Shown: positions 1 to 9,412, counted from the stretch's first letter. The stretch: DNA of 21,800 nt from an uncultured archaeon (GCA_964493715.1 CAZBPC010000057.1:1-21800), one strand, 5' to 3'. Made by a program: numbers and translations. Notes: generated by a model not told the origin, from the sequence alone.

Positions 1-9
1 TATACAAAA

Positions 10-891
10 ATGAATTCTTTAAAAAGGTATAAAAAATGGTTGATAATTTGGATTGTATTTATCGTTTTATTTTGTATCATTTTAATTGTCAATGCAGGAC
101 TAATAGGACATTTTAGCGTATATAAGATTTTAACCCACAACTTAGCAATTGATACAGCAATATTATTTTTGTTGATTCCAATAGCATGTATAATAGGATT
201 TTTTATCGGAGGATATCTATTCACGCCTTTATTCATATTTGTGCATAAAAAAATTCTAGGACGCAAGTTAATTTATGGTATTAAGGAAATGCATAAACCT
301 AAAGAGTTTAAGGGTGCCTTTCTAAGCGTTCTCTTCCCAGCATTGTTGGCATTCAATTTTGGGATTCTTCTCAGTGATGAGCCCATTCTTCATGAATTTC
401 TTTTCAGTGAAACTTTTATGGATGCGGGAGATGCTATACTTCAAATTCTCACGTTAGTATTTCTTTTTCCAATTGTCTCTGGAATTGCTATTTGCGTATT
501 TTCAGCAACATATTTTTTGCTAGATTCGGGGATTGAATACACGAATAAAAACCAGAAAAAAGTGCTTAGAGGTTCTTTTCCTGCCGAAGTTAGGTCAATG
601 GGTGGATTCTATTTGTACTATCTCAAAGGTTATGCTGGTATCTCGGTAGTAATCAGCCTAGTTAAGTTATTAATATCATTTTTCTCTACAATAGGAGATG
701 TAGGTGGTGCGATTTACATCATAAATGCCATAACGTGGCCTTTAATTCCATTTGCAATTACTTTCTTCATGATCCCTGTCAGTATAATTCAAGATGTAAC
801 ATATGAAAGAAGAAAAAAATATACCATAAAATGGGCAGAAAAATTCGAGATTCGTGGACAATTAGAAGATCCTTTGGGAACAAATCAATAG
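10..891 (+). CDS. Hypothetical polytopic membrane protein (~6 TM)
   Basis: 293-aa ORF with about six long hydrophobic stretches separated by charged loops; no family motif recognised. Confidence 0.8.
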   Translation: MNSLKRYKKWLIIWIVFIVLFCIILIVNAGLIGHFSVYKILTHNLAIDTAILFLLIPIACIIGFFIGGYLFTPLFIFVHKKILGRKLIYGIKEMHKPKEFKGAFLSVLFPALLAFNFGILLSDEPILHEFLFSETFMDAGDAILQILTLVFLFPIVSGIAICVFSATYFLLDSGIEYTNKNQKKVLRGSFPAEVRSMGGFYLYYLKGYAGISVVISLVKLLISFFSTIGDVGGAIYIINAITWPLIPFAITFFMIPVSIIQDVTYERRKKYTIKWAEKFEIRGQLEDPLGTNQ

Positions 892-905
892 GCTAGCTGT
901 AACTT

Positions 906-1424
906 TTATCCATCAAATTTAACTATTATATCTCCCACACATTTTTTTTTAGAATATAACAAGCATTCCTTGATCTCGGGTTTTAATTCATATTTAATTC
1001 CTAATGCGTCTAACCAGCAACATACTCGAAAAACTACGCCACATTCATAACCTTGCTTTACTCCAATCATTTTCATTCCTTCAAATGCGAAACATGTATC
1101 CATCTCCCAGTGCATTCGATTTTTTTCAGGAAAAGTATATTCAAATTTCATGAAATCTCCCTTTAATATGCTAAAGCCATCATCGATGAATTTTTTAAGT
1201 TGTTCGAAGGTAGATATTTTCGTGTTATCCATTCCCAATGCTTTTCGAATTCTTTGCATTTCCAAAACAGATAAGTTTTTTATAGCACCCTTATTGAGCT
1301 TGTTTGCCGCATCGATTCCATATTCTTTTACTGCGTTATAAAACCACGCGCCATCATGCGTCATCCAACATTTAACAAGAAGTTCCTTTAATTCGTGCTT
1401 ATTAAGTTTTTCAAATAACGACAT
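906..1424 (-). CDS. DUF6125-like protein (V4R/ATC-hydrolase-like small ligand-binding fold)
   Basis: 172 aa; N-terminal KCWMTHDGAWF motif and spaced Cys residues (DTCFA, YECG, KECL, KCVG) as I recall for this family. Confidence 0.65.
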   Translation of the reverse strand: MSLFEKLNKHELKELLVKCWMTHDGAWFYNAVKEYGIDAANKLNKGAIKNLSVLEMQRIRKALGMDNTKISTFEQLKKFIDDGFSILKGDFMKFEYTFPEKNRMHWEMDTCFAFEGMKMIGVKQGYECGVVFRVCCWLDALGIKYELKPEIKECLLYSKKKCVGDIIVKFDG

Positions 1425-1579
1425 TTAATACTCAAAATTAAGCTTATATATAGTTAAGCATGATAAAAAGCTATTTAATTTAAAATATTTGGAAAATGAG
1501 GACGACTAACAGATAACTATCTAAAATAATAAATTATAATTTATTTTTGATCTTATCTATTTTAAAGGTATTAATTCGA

Positions 1580-2449
1580 ATGACTGACCAAGATACCTTA
1601 ATTCTAGAAGAACCAGAATATTTAAAGAAGTTGGAATTGACTATTGGGAGAATTATTCCAATTTTGAATGAAATCAATGAAGATTCATTTGGAATTCAAA
1701 TTAAGGCAAAAAAGATTATTGGATTAGGTTTGGCAAAATGTGGTTTGGATGTTTTTCCGGATTCAATTTCTACAATAAAAACATTGAAAATCTTGACATT
1801 AAAGAGCAATAGGATCGCGAAAATTCCCGAATCGATAGGGAATCTTAATGCATTAACCAGTTTAGATCTGAGAAACAACAGATTGGAACGCCTTCCAAAT
1901 AATTTTTGGAAATTAAAGAATTTAAAATTTTTATACATGGAAAATAATAACTGGATGGATGAATGGAGGTTAATCCAAAATTATGATATTGCTTCAGTCT
2001 TGGAGTTTTGTAGAGGAAACACCCCATTATTCCTCTATGCAGCATTTCCTTCAGCATTTGGACAAGTTTATAGAATAGAAGAATTTTTAAGTCTTTTAAA
2101 AAGTAATAAAGAAATTCTCGAAATTTATCACGATAATGCTGAAAAATTGGTTGAATCCCATATTTTACTACTTTTTTGCACCAAGAATTCACGAGATGAG
2201 GATTATTTCATTGAAAGCTTGAGTTTAGCATTAAGACACCATATTGAAATCATCCCCATTAAAGATACGAGCATTGATTGGGCTGATTTAAATCAGATTG
2301 ATCTAAGTAAGAAAAATTTGGGATACCATGATCTAGGCAATAAAAAAGGGTTTATTATAACAACTAATAATGTTAGAAGTTTAGCAGCTAAAATTAATGA
2401 TTTTATAATGCAATACAAGCGCACTGTAAACTTATTTGAAAAATTTTAA
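1580..2449 (+). CDS. Leucine-rich-repeat protein with C-terminal degenerate TIR-like domain
   Basis: About four 23-aa LRRs (LKILTLKSNRIAKIPESIGNL, LTSLDLRNNRLERLPNNFWKL, LKFLYMENN) followed by an alpha/beta domain (ILLLFCTKNS...LSLALRHHIEIIPIK...IDWADL). ATG 1580 preferred over TTG 1547 because AAGGT lies at 1565-1569. Confidence 0.75.
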   Translation: MTDQDTLILEEPEYLKKLELTIGRIIPILNEINEDSFGIQIKAKKIIGLGLAKCGLDVFPDSISTIKTLKILTLKSNRIAKIPESIGNLNALTSLDLRNNRLERLPNNFWKLKNLKFLYMENNNWMDEWRLIQNYDIASVLEFCRGNTPLFLYAAFPSAFGQVYRIEEFLSLLKSNKEILEIYHDNAEKLVESHILLLFCTKNSRDEDYFIESLSLALRHHIEIIPIKDTSIDWADLNQIDLSKKNLGYHDLGNKKGFIITTNNVRSLAAKINDFIMQYKRTVNLFEKF

Positions 2450-2473
2450 TCCTACCAAATATTAATTAACCGA

Positions 2474-3307
2474 ATGATTATCATGATTTTTGAGGAAGAA
2501 AAGAAGAATTTATTGGTATTTTTTATTGTATCGTTTTTAACTTCATGGCTTCTATGGTTACCTAGCATCTTAGTCTCTGCTGGATTAATTGCTCCGGGAC
2601 CAATAGAAATTCTGGGAAACCTTGCGATTTTTGGACCTTTTATTGCTGCATTTCTGCTAAGTTCCCTAAAAGGAGGAAAAGGAGAAGCAAAGCGATTATT
2701 TTTAAGCGGATGGAATTTTAAATTTAAGAAGGTTTGGATTTTTTCATTATTTATTCCCATTTTTACTTCAGGATTAGCAATATTTATTGTGAGCATTATT
2801 GAACCCATGGATAGATTTCAGTACGCAACTCCATTAATCTTGTGGATCCCAAACTTCATTCTATTCTACTTTATTGGAGGCCCATTTACAGAAGAATATG
2901 GGTGGAGAGGATATGCTTTAGATCGCCTGCAGTCAAAATTTAACGCTTTATTTTCAAGTCTAATTTTAGGGTTGATTTGGGGAGTATGGCATTTACCGCT
3001 ATTCTTTATCAGTGGAAGTGTGCAAAGTCAGTCAAACATGCCAATATATGAATTTGTATTATTGCAAATGGTTTTGTCCATCCTCTATACATGGATACTC
3101 AATAATAATAGAGATAAAGGTGGAAACATCAACGTATTTTTAGCGATCATGTTCCACGCAATGGGAAACTTCTCTTCAATGATTTTTCCTTACTGGGTGA
3201 CTGGCTTAGGAAGATGGATAATTTTCATCATTAATCTCCTCATCGTGGTAATAGCATGTATAATCTATGGAGTAAAAAGACTTTCAAAAAACTCAATTAA
3301 TACCTAA
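2474..3307 (+). CDS. CPBP (CAAX/Abi) family intramembrane glutamic endopeptidase
   Basis: Motifs TEEYGWRG (EExxxR), WGVWHLP, MFHAMGN (HxxxN) in a multi-TM protein; start may be 2483. Confidence 0.92.
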   Translation: MIIMIFEEEKKNLLVFFIVSFLTSWLLWLPSILVSAGLIAPGPIEILGNLAIFGPFIAAFLLSSLKGGKGEAKRLFLSGWNFKFKKVWIFSLFIPIFTSGLAIFIVSIIEPMDRFQYATPLILWIPNFILFYFIGGPFTEEYGWRGYALDRLQSKFNALFSSLILGLIWGVWHLPLFFISGSVQSQSNMPIYEFVLLQMVLSILYTWILNNNRDKGGNINVFLAIMFHAMGNFSSMIFPYWVTGLGRWIIFIINLLIVVIACIIYGVKRLSKNSINT

Positions 3308-3327
3308 AACTGTAAATGGTTTTGAAA

Positions 3328-4122
3328 ATGAACACGACAATATATTATTTTACTGGGACCGGTAATTCCTTAAAAATTGCCCAACTCTTATGTGATAAAC
3401 TTAAGGAATGTGAATTGGTGTCGATTGCAAGCATTTGGGAAGAGGAAAGTATTAAATCTAATAGTGAAAAAATTGGATTTGTTTTTCCATTATATTATGC
3501 GGGATTGCCCAAGATAGTAAAAGATTTCATAAATAAAATGGATTTTAGTAATTCTGAGTACTTTTTCACTATTGTTACAAGTGCAGGAGATATAACTGAT
3601 TTACCATTATTTCAAATTGAGAAGATCTTGGTCAAAAAATCAAAGAAATTAAATGCAGGATTTTTTATAAGAATGCCTAATAACTATATTATTGGGTATG
3701 ATGTTGATCCCAAAGAAAAAGAGTCGGAACTCTTTGAGATTGCAGATAAAAAAATTGAAGAAATTTTCAAAATTATAAAACAACAAGTTGATAGTATTAG
3801 GATTGACTCTAATGAAAATAAAAGAAATCGAAAAGCAAAATTTAATCAAGAATTTCATGACAGTGTCAATCAGAACGATAAAAATTTCTATACTGATGAA
3901 AATTGTAATAGTTGCGGAATTTGTGAAAAAATCTGTCCAGTTAAAAACATTATTCTAGTTGATGGTAAACCTGAATGGCAGCATAAATGTCAGCAGTGTT
4001 TAGCTTGTATTAATTATTGTCCTGAAAAAGCGATACAATTTGGATCCCTAACTTTAAAAACTCAAAGATATCATCATCCAGAAATTAGTATTAAGGTTTT
4101 AATGGAAACAGTTAAGAAATAA
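3328..4122 (+). CDS. EFR1-family flavodoxin / 4Fe-4S dicluster ferredoxin fusion
   Basis: YFTGTGNS FMN-binding loop, GFVFPLY, MPNNY, and two CxxCxxCxxxCP motifs (CNSCGICEKICP, CQQCLACINYCP), C-terminal RYHHP. Alternative start 3316. Confidence 0.92.
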   Translation: MNTTIYYFTGTGNSLKIAQLLCDKLKECELVSIASIWEEESIKSNSEKIGFVFPLYYAGLPKIVKDFINKMDFSNSEYFFTIVTSAGDITDLPLFQIEKILVKKSKKLNAGFFIRMPNNYIIGYDVDPKEKESELFEIADKKIEEIFKIIKQQVDSIRIDSNENKRNRKAKFNQEFHDSVNQNDKNFYTDENCNSCGICEKICPVKNIILVDGKPEWQHKCQQCLACINYCPEKAIQFGSLTLKTQRYHHPEISIKVLMETVKK

Positions 4123-4247
4123 CTCGATAGAGAGATACATTATATGGATAATTATTCAGAATTCCTTATCTGCATGATTGGTCTCCATTTACTTTATAAA
4201 CGGAGAAATTATTTATACTTTAATTTTAATAGTGAAAATTAATAATT

Positions 4248-5156
4248 ATGATAATTAAAGAGAAAATAAAAGCATATATTGACTTAACCAGAGCTCATTT
4301 TGCTCCCGTATGGCCGTTATTGTTTGTATCCGGGCTCATGCTTGCGTTTAGAAATGAAGGTTTCTTTTCTGGGGAGATTCTTATTTTAGCAATTTTCATA
4401 GGTCTTATTGGTTTTGAAGCTGGAATGGTATTAAACGATATTGTTGATCATAATGTAGATAAAAAGGATACTGACAATACTTTAACTAATTATTGGCGAC
4501 CGTTTAATGAGCGCCCAATTCCTTCAGGAATAATATCGCTAAAAGAAGCTATTGCTGTTTTCCTTATCTTCGTATTGATCACGGTCATTTTAATAGCATT
4601 TTTACCGTTTCCCAATCTTATATATGTATATCTCATTATGGTTTATGCATACTCCATGGAAGTCTTCTATCAACTCGTTAAAAGAAAGCAGAAATTTCCA
4701 TTTGCTCAATTATTAGGAAGAACTGATCTCGTCATGTTTCCAATCGCAGGGTATTTAATTATTGGCCAATTTGATTTTACAGCAGTATTATACATACTAT
4801 TTCTCTATCCCTGGGCTCTTGTTCATCTCGGTGCGAATGATATCGTAGATACTGTAAATGATGAAGCAAAAGAATTGAAGACTGTAGCTGGATTGTACGG
4901 GATCAAAGGGAATAAATTATGGGTAATCATTTTTACTGTTATTCACCTTATTACATCAGCAATGTTTGTCTTATTGGATATGGGAACGATTGCCTTGATC
5001 GGATTTTCCATAGCATGGGCATTACTTATAATCGCGAATATACTCATCGTAAAAAGTAAGGATTCAAAATCAAGATTGAAGGCTTTACCTCTATTTCATG
5101 CAACATTATTGATTTACATCTTATCAATAATAATCGATTCAGCAGTAATAATTTAG
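4248..5156 (+). CDS. UbiA-family prenyltransferase
   Basis: Asp-rich motifs NDIVDHNVD and NDIVDTVND, RPIPSG, multiple TM helices; substrate not assignable. Confidence 0.9.
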   Translation: MIIKEKIKAYIDLTRAHFAPVWPLLFVSGLMLAFRNEGFFSGEILILAIFIGLIGFEAGMVLNDIVDHNVDKKDTDNTLTNYWRPFNERPIPSGIISLKEAIAVFLIFVLITVILIAFLPFPNLIYVYLIMVYAYSMEVFYQLVKRKQKFPFAQLLGRTDLVMFPIAGYLIIGQFDFTAVLYILFLYPWALVHLGANDIVDTVNDEAKELKTVAGLYGIKGNKLWVIIFTVIHLITSAMFVLLDMGTIALIGFSIAWALLIIANILIVKSKDSKSRLKALPLFHATLLIYILSIIIDSAVII

Positions 5157-5348
5157 AATCAAATCTGAATAATACCTTTTTTATTGAAATTTAAATTATT
5201 TCAGAATGCTATTTTTTTAATATAGTTTATTCTTCTCGTATCTTGATTAATTCTCATTTCATATAAAAATATAAGCGAGTTTATCTAGATTTAAATCAAA
5301 ACTTGCTAAAAAATTTTAAAAATATCTAAAGAAGGTTAGTGAAAAAAC

Positions 5349-7106
5349 GTGTGTGCCCAAGAAAGTACTGAGGGTGATAGAAACAACCCTTATTCATTTG
5401 ATGATTATTTATTCGTTAAAAATCAATTTAATTTCTATAGAGATGATGATTTTTTAAAAGCATTACTTAAAAAGTATACGGGTTCAGAATTCGAGAGAAT
5501 AGATGCAGAACTTAAGGAGATGTCGGATAAAATTTCCTATCGTTGGAGAGATTTAGCAGATGAGGCAACTCGGCTTGAAAATCGAGCTAAGTGTACGGTA
5601 GTACAACATTATGATGCTCATAATCATAGAATAGATAGGATAAAAAGAGCTGCTGAAACCGAGCAGCTCGAAAAGGAGATATTTAGTTTAGGCTTATTCG
5701 ATCCTAAAAGAAATACCGCTTGGAGTAGATTTGCGAAAATGTTTCTCCTATATCAGTTGGGAGAGATGGGAGTGATGTGTCCTGTTGCTTGTACCCATGG
5801 AATGGTTTGGTTAATGCAAAAATATGAAGATGAATTAAGTTCAGAAGCAAAAAAGTGTCTAGCAGCCGTTCGAGATGGCATCAATGGAGAATACAGTTTA
5901 GGTTCACAATTTATTAGTGAAATTCAAGGAGGGAGTGATGTAGCAGCTAATTTAGTAGAAGCTGTTTATGAAGAGGAAGAGGGTCCTGATGGAATTTCAA
6001 ATTGCTGGCGTTTATACGGTCAAAAATTCTTCTGTTCTGCAATGCAAGCAGATTATTCTATCGTCACAGCAAAACCTAAGAATGTTCCATCATCAACAAG
6101 AGTCGCTGCATTTGCTGTTCCAGCTTGGCTTCCCGGAAATAAAGAAAAGGAAAAAAGAAATTCATATACTATTGATCGACTCAAACAAAAGCTAGGTACG
6201 GCTGAACTCCCCACAGCAGAGATAACTTACAATGGTGCAGTCGCATATCCCGTAGGTCCTTATGAAAAAGGATTAGCAGATGTCGTTGGAATTGTCCTTT
6301 CTCTATCGAGACTTCATATTGCTTTTGGCATGGCAGCAGGAGGACTTCGTGTTGCAAGGGAAGCTATATTATATGCACAGTATAGAAGTGCCTTTGGAGT
6401 TCCAATTGCATCTTTTCCATTAATGATGACTCAGATTAATGATTTAAAACATGCTGTCATGAGAACAACGGCAGGTGGGTTTAAATTATATTCAGAGTTT
6501 ATTCATTTTGGTGAGAATTTAATTAGTGGGATAAGAGAATTACAAAAAATTGATGATATTGAAGAACGAAAACGACGATTCAGATTACGTGAGCTTATAA
6601 TGCTATGTAAGATTGCTGTTGCTGATGAAGCTCCCGCACTGATACGTACGGCAATTTCATTTTTTGGTGGTCATGGAATAATGGAGGATTTCATAGCATT
6701 ACCGCGCTTCCATCGAGATTCCATGATAATGGAACTTTGGGAAGGTCCCAGAAATGTTCTACTCACTCAAATTCATCGTGATCTCCAAAGAGTCGCTGAA
6801 TGGTATTCTGCAGAAGAATTTATCAGAGACGTGCTGGAGGGAGCCGATAGTAGTATCGTAGAACCTTTAGCAAAAAGGTTTGCAAGGATTGTTTCTCATG
6901 ATAGCCTTTTAAGAAGCGACGAAATAACGTTAAATATTTGCAAGGATTGGCAAGAACTTTCTAATAAGATTGTTAGAGTATATCAAGAACAAGCTTTAGT
7001 TGATCTTAATTACGAAGAAAAACCATTGAAATTTTCAAAATTATTCCGGAAATTTAAAAAGAGATTAAGCGAGAAAAGAGAAGAAGACCTTGTAGTTCTT
7101 GTATAA
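5349..7106 (+). CDS. Acyl-CoA dehydrogenase, AidB-like subfamily
   Basis: GVMCPVACT, SEIQGGSDV, WRLYGQKFFCS, RLKQKLGT, GGHGIMED, RDSMIMELWEGPRNV correspond to AidB/ACAD motifs; GTG start. Confidence 0.88.
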   Translation: MCAQESTEGDRNNPYSFDDYLFVKNQFNFYRDDDFLKALLKKYTGSEFERIDAELKEMSDKISYRWRDLADEATRLENRAKCTVVQHYDAHNHRIDRIKRAAETEQLEKEIFSLGLFDPKRNTAWSRFAKMFLLYQLGEMGVMCPVACTHGMVWLMQKYEDELSSEAKKCLAAVRDGINGEYSLGSQFISEIQGGSDVAANLVEAVYEEEEGPDGISNCWRLYGQKFFCSAMQADYSIVTAKPKNVPSSTRVAAFAVPAWLPGNKEKEKRNSYTIDRLKQKLGTAELPTAEITYNGAVAYPVGPYEKGLADVVGIVLSLSRLHIAFGMAAGGLRVAREAILYAQYRSAFGVPIASFPLMMTQINDLKHAVMRTTAGGFKLYSEFIHFGENLISGIRELQKIDDIEERKRRFRLRELIMLCKIAVADEAPALIRTAISFFGGHGIMEDFIALPRFHRDSMIMELWEGPRNVLLTQIHRDLQRVAEWYSAEEFIRDVLEGADSSIVEPLAKRFARIVSHDSLLRSDEITLNICKDWQELSNKIVRVYQEQALVDLNYEEKPLKFSKLFRKFKKRLSEKREEDLVVLV

Positions 7107-7111
7107 AAATT

Positions 7112-7780
7112 TTATATTTTTTCAAATTTTCTTCCACAATTTTTACAAAAGTGGTAGTTGTAGTTTCCTGCAGTACCACAAAAGGTACAATATCTAATCC
7201 TATATTTATCATCTTTCAAAGCCTGAGAAGGTTTTGGTGTTTGGTAAGTATTTTGAGGTGGATTAGATGTTTGAAGAGGGATTGATGCTTGAGGGGGAGC
7301 AAATTTCTGGGGTTGGGGTGTTTGTATTAGTTGTGAATCAACTTTGATTGGTTGTCTAGGCTTAAATTCCTCCACTTGTCGAGTTCTTCCTCCCGGAATT
7401 TTGTCGAAATCAAAGAATTCTTCATTTGTCCTCCCGGATAGATAAGTAGGAGTGATGTTCAATTCATTAACCCAATTATTAATTAATTTTTTTGGCGTTA
7501 ACCATTGAATTCCATAACCAAGTGCAAGTGAAACTTCAATTCTGATATATGTCTTAGAATCTCTGAGATTAAAGGAAAAATCGATTATATAATCCTCTCC
7601 GTTTGATGTTAATGACATTCCACGATGAATTTTTAATGTCTTCACTAATTTATCAGATGATACGCTTTCTTGTTCGATATTTCCTTTATTCCTATGCCAA
7701 AAAGTTGATGTTTGTTCATATATCTCTTCCAAAGGTGAACTTTTAATAAAATAGAAATATTTATGACCCATTTTTTTCAC
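7112..7780 (-). CDS. Hypothetical protein with Pro/Gln-rich linker and C-terminal zinc ribbon
   Basis: CTFCG...FCKNCG at the C-terminus; QTPQPQKFAPPQASIPLQTSNPPQ low-complexity linker; start may be ATG at 7771. Confidence 0.8.
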   Translation of the reverse strand: MKKMGHKYFYFIKSSPLEEIYEQTSTFWHRNKGNIEQESVSSDKLVKTLKIHRGMSLTSNGEDYIIDFSFNLRDSKTYIRIEVSLALGYGIQWLTPKKLINNWVNELNITPTYLSGRTNEEFFDFDKIPGGRTRQVEEFKPRQPIKVDSQLIQTPQPQKFAPPQASIPLQTSNPPQNTYQTPKPSQALKDDKYRIRYCTFCGTAGNYNYHFCKNCGRKFEKI

Positions 7781-7839
7781 GCTCTAATATAATAGAGATC
7801 AAAGTTTCATTAATGAATTTAAGCCTAAATCACTTTTTT

Positions 7840-8679
7840 TTATTCGTGTGGTAATAGAATTATTAAGAAGATGATCAGTAATATACCACCTATAAAGATT
7901 AATGCTTGAATAATAGATTTTTTTAGATTTTTCTCCTTTATAAGTTCAGGCATAAGTTCGGTACTAGCTATGTATATAAATCCTCCACCGCTAAATGCTA
8001 AAAAGAACATATTAAACAAAACAAATGGACTTGAAAAAATTAATGCTACTAAACCACCAATTAAAGCAACCATTGCACTAATGAAATTGAATATGAGAGC
8101 TTTCTTCTTTGTAAAACCACCATATAAGAGAATCCCGAAATCACCAATTTCTTGCGGTAGTTCGTGAAATAACACAGCAAGCGTAATCACAATACCCGTT
8201 GCGGGTCCGTTTAAAAATGCTACCATAATTATGATCCCATCTAAGAAGTTATGTAGACCATCACCAATTAAATTAAGGAGTGCAAAACTCTTTATGTTAC
8301 TCCCTTTTTCCAAGACTTTACTAGAACCTTCAGTTAGATTATCATAACAAACTAATTGATTTTCGTGTTCATGAGCGTGACCATGAAACCAATAAATGAA
8401 TCGTTCTAAAATGAAAAAAGTCACGAATCCGAAAATAACATTAACAAATATGAAAGCGTCAGTAATTCCAGCTCCTTCAGCATTAAGTTCTTCAAGATGG
8501 TGTAAGGATTCTGGTATTAGATCAAATAATGCTGTAGCAAGTATCGAACCCGTAGCAAATGCGACAAGGATAAATAGTATTTCATCAAGGGTTCTTTCTT
8601 TCAAGGAGATCATAAACACTCCAATTAGACTTACACAACCAATAAGAAAAATCATTAAAAATCCTAATATTGGATCCAT
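7840..8679 (-). CDS. ZIP-family divalent metal transporter
   Basis: GDGLHNFLDG (TM4), HELPQEIGD (TM5), His-rich loop HGHAHEHE, about eight TM segments. Confidence 0.95.
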   Translation of the reverse strand: MDPILGFLMIFLIGCVSLIGVFMISLKERTLDEILFILVAFATGSILATALFDLIPESLHHLEELNAEGAGITDAFIFVNVIFGFVTFFILERFIYWFHGHAHEHENQLVCYDNLTEGSSKVLEKGSNIKSFALLNLIGDGLHNFLDGIIIMVAFLNGPATGIVITLAVLFHELPQEIGDFGILLYGGFTKKKALIFNFISAMVALIGGLVALIFSSPFVLFNMFFLAFSGGGFIYIASTELMPELIKEKNLKKSIIQALIFIGGILLIIFLIILLPHE

Positions 8680-8691
8680 AATATCACTAAT

Positions 8692-9138
8692 CTAAGAAGA
8701 TTTCTTTAAAAATTTAATTCCTTCCGAATCAAGACGTTCATTGCACATCCGATCACATATAGAAATGAATTGATTATCTCTCGGGACTCGAATAAACTTC
8801 ACCTTCTCATATTTCCCTACAAGTTTATGTATTTCTTTATTCAATTTCTTCAAATGGGGATAATTAATTTTCCAGTTTCCATTAATTTGTTGTATAGCAA
8901 GATTACTATCTGAAAAAAGTTCTATTTCCCCTTTAGAATATTCTTGAGCTAATTTTAATGCATTAGTAATAGCTGTATATTCAGCAACGTTATTGGTAGT
9001 TTTTCCAATATATTCGCAATTCTCATGGAGAATTTTATTATTATATACAAAAATAAAGGCACTTGCTGAAGGACCCGGATTACCCCGAGAAGCTCCATCG
9101 ACGTAAACTTTTAGAAAACTTAATCCCGTCTTACTCAT
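8692..9138 (-). CDS. rnhA: Ribonuclease HI (archaeal/actinobacterial-like type 1)
   Basis: YVDGASRGNPGP, TNNVAEY, FSDS and terminal D (ICDRMCN) supply the four acidic catalytic residues; 12-bp gap to the ZIP gene suggests an operon. Confidence 0.93.
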   Translation of the reverse strand: MSKTGLSFLKVYVDGASRGNPGPSASAFIFVYNNKILHENCEYIGKTTNNVAEYTAITNALKLAQEYSKGEIELFSDSNLAIQQINGNWKINYPHLKKLNKEIHKLVGKYEKVKFIRVPRDNQFISICDRMCNERLDSEGIKFLKKSS

Positions 9139-9183
9139 AATATTCTTATTCTCAAGATTTAAAAGGTCAGATTTTATAGTTTC

Positions 9184-9207
9184 TATTATTATATTATATT
9201 ATATTAT
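9184..9207. repeat. Short (ATATT)n microsatellite
   Basis: tattattatattatattatattat read directly; abuts the left edge of the 98-bp repeat copy A. Confidence 0.7.
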
Positions 9208-9341
9208 GCTAATAAATCTATAAATTTGACCACATTTTCATTTGGTTTATTTAAGTTTATTAGTATTTGAAATTGAATTTTAGTTTTATGTCTCAAAATT
9301 TTTCTTTTTTCCTGATTAGGTCGAAACCAAACTTCACCTTG
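9204..9341 (-). pseudogene. Possible 3'-end remnant of an unknown gene
   Basis: 45 open codons with no ATG (QGEVWFRPNQEKRKILRHKTKIQFQILINLNKPNENVVKFIDLLA) ending in TAA exactly where similarity with copy B ends; copy B ends in TAG at the equivalent position. Confidence 0.35.
9205..9302 (+). repeat. 98-bp direct repeat, copy A (partner 12394-12491)
   Basis: Manual gap-free alignment gives 84/98 identical positions (86%). Confidence 0.9.
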
Positions 9342-9412
9342 CTACTTTTATGAATTATCTATAAATCCATTTCAGCATTTTGTATTTTTAATCAAGAATA
9401 CCTTGAGTTATA

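Noticed and set aside
10-891. Rhodopsin or other 7-TM receptor
   Set aside because: About six TM segments and no retinal-binding Lys motif in the last helix.
4151-5173. 10-bp inverted repeats (attattcaga / tctgaataat) flanking the UbiA gene
   Set aside because: Short, AT-rich, no target-site duplication or transposase; expected by chance.
5274-5307. Imperfect inverted repeat agcgagttt...aaacttgct upstream of the ACAD gene
   Set aside because: Single 9-bp stem with a mismatch and no second instance; cannot be supported as an operator or RNA element.
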